A stretch of 64,000 bases of DNA from Mobula birostris (taxonomy: Eukaryota): positions 12,167,271 to 12,231,270 of the forward strand of contig NC_092397.1 in assembly GCF_030028105.1 (NCBI RefSeq), read 5' to 3'. Within the stretch, counting starts at the first letter, position 1; every line of letters starts with the position of its first letter. Positions 63,620 through 64,000 of the stretch are shown here, piece after piece. Made by a program: the position numbers and the translations under genes. The notes under the pieces are model-generated. The model was not told the DNA's origin and searched no databases. It saw only the letters and a list, made by a program, of their open reading frames with translations.

Positions 63620-64000
63620 GGGGTTTGGAAGCCTTGGGAGCAATATCATCAATAAGACTGAAAAGGGTGGAGAAAATTTACAAGGAAAGGTTGAAGAGCT
63701 TAGGACTTCATACCCTGGAGCGTTGGAGAATGAGGGGAGATTTGATTGAAAATCTACAAAACTATGAAGGGGATAGATAGGGAAAATGCAAGCAGGCTTT
63801 TACCACTGAGGTTAGATGGGACTAGAAATGGAGGTCATGGGCTAAGGGTGAGAGGTGAAATGTTTAAGGGGAAACTTTTGTATTCAGAGGGTGGTGAGAG
63901 AGTTGAACGAGCAAGTGGTGCATGTGAGCTCGATTTCGATGTTTAAGAGAAGTTTGGGTAGTACATGGATGGGAGTGGTATGGAGGTCGATGGGAGTAGG
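63620..64000 (+). mobile_element. CR1 3' fragment
   Basis: RGDLIEIYKTMKGIDR-like sequence. Confidence 0.7.

Overview
Repeat-rich vertebrate nuclear DNA. The repeat set (CR1, Rex1/Babar, Penelope, tRNA-SINEs) suggests a cartilaginous fish such as a ray, by inference. I reconstructed four spliced genes by hand from GT-AG junctions and codon phase. They are an RBM4/RBM14-family gene (minus; 2 RRM + CCHC), FAM89B (minus; 2 exons), ZNRD2/SSSCA1 (minus; 4 exons) and serine racemase SRR (plus; 4 coding exons, continuing past the window). ZNRD2 and SRR sit head-to-head. The rest is mostly mobile DNA: a Neptune-type Penelope element, L1, Tx1, RTE, Rex1, CR1, IR/DR Tc1, hAT elements and nested solo LTRs. 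There are also several minisatellites, a 2.2-kb polypurine tract and an assembly gap. The most interesting signals are minimal hammerhead-ribozyme motifs in Penelope termini, an RBM gene mixing RBM14 exon structure with an RBM4 zinc knuckle, a Tx1 insertion inside a 52-bp minisatellite, an apparent ORF1 swap between CR1 lineages, and the ZNRD2-SRR pairing. Family names come from remembered motifs; no searches were run.
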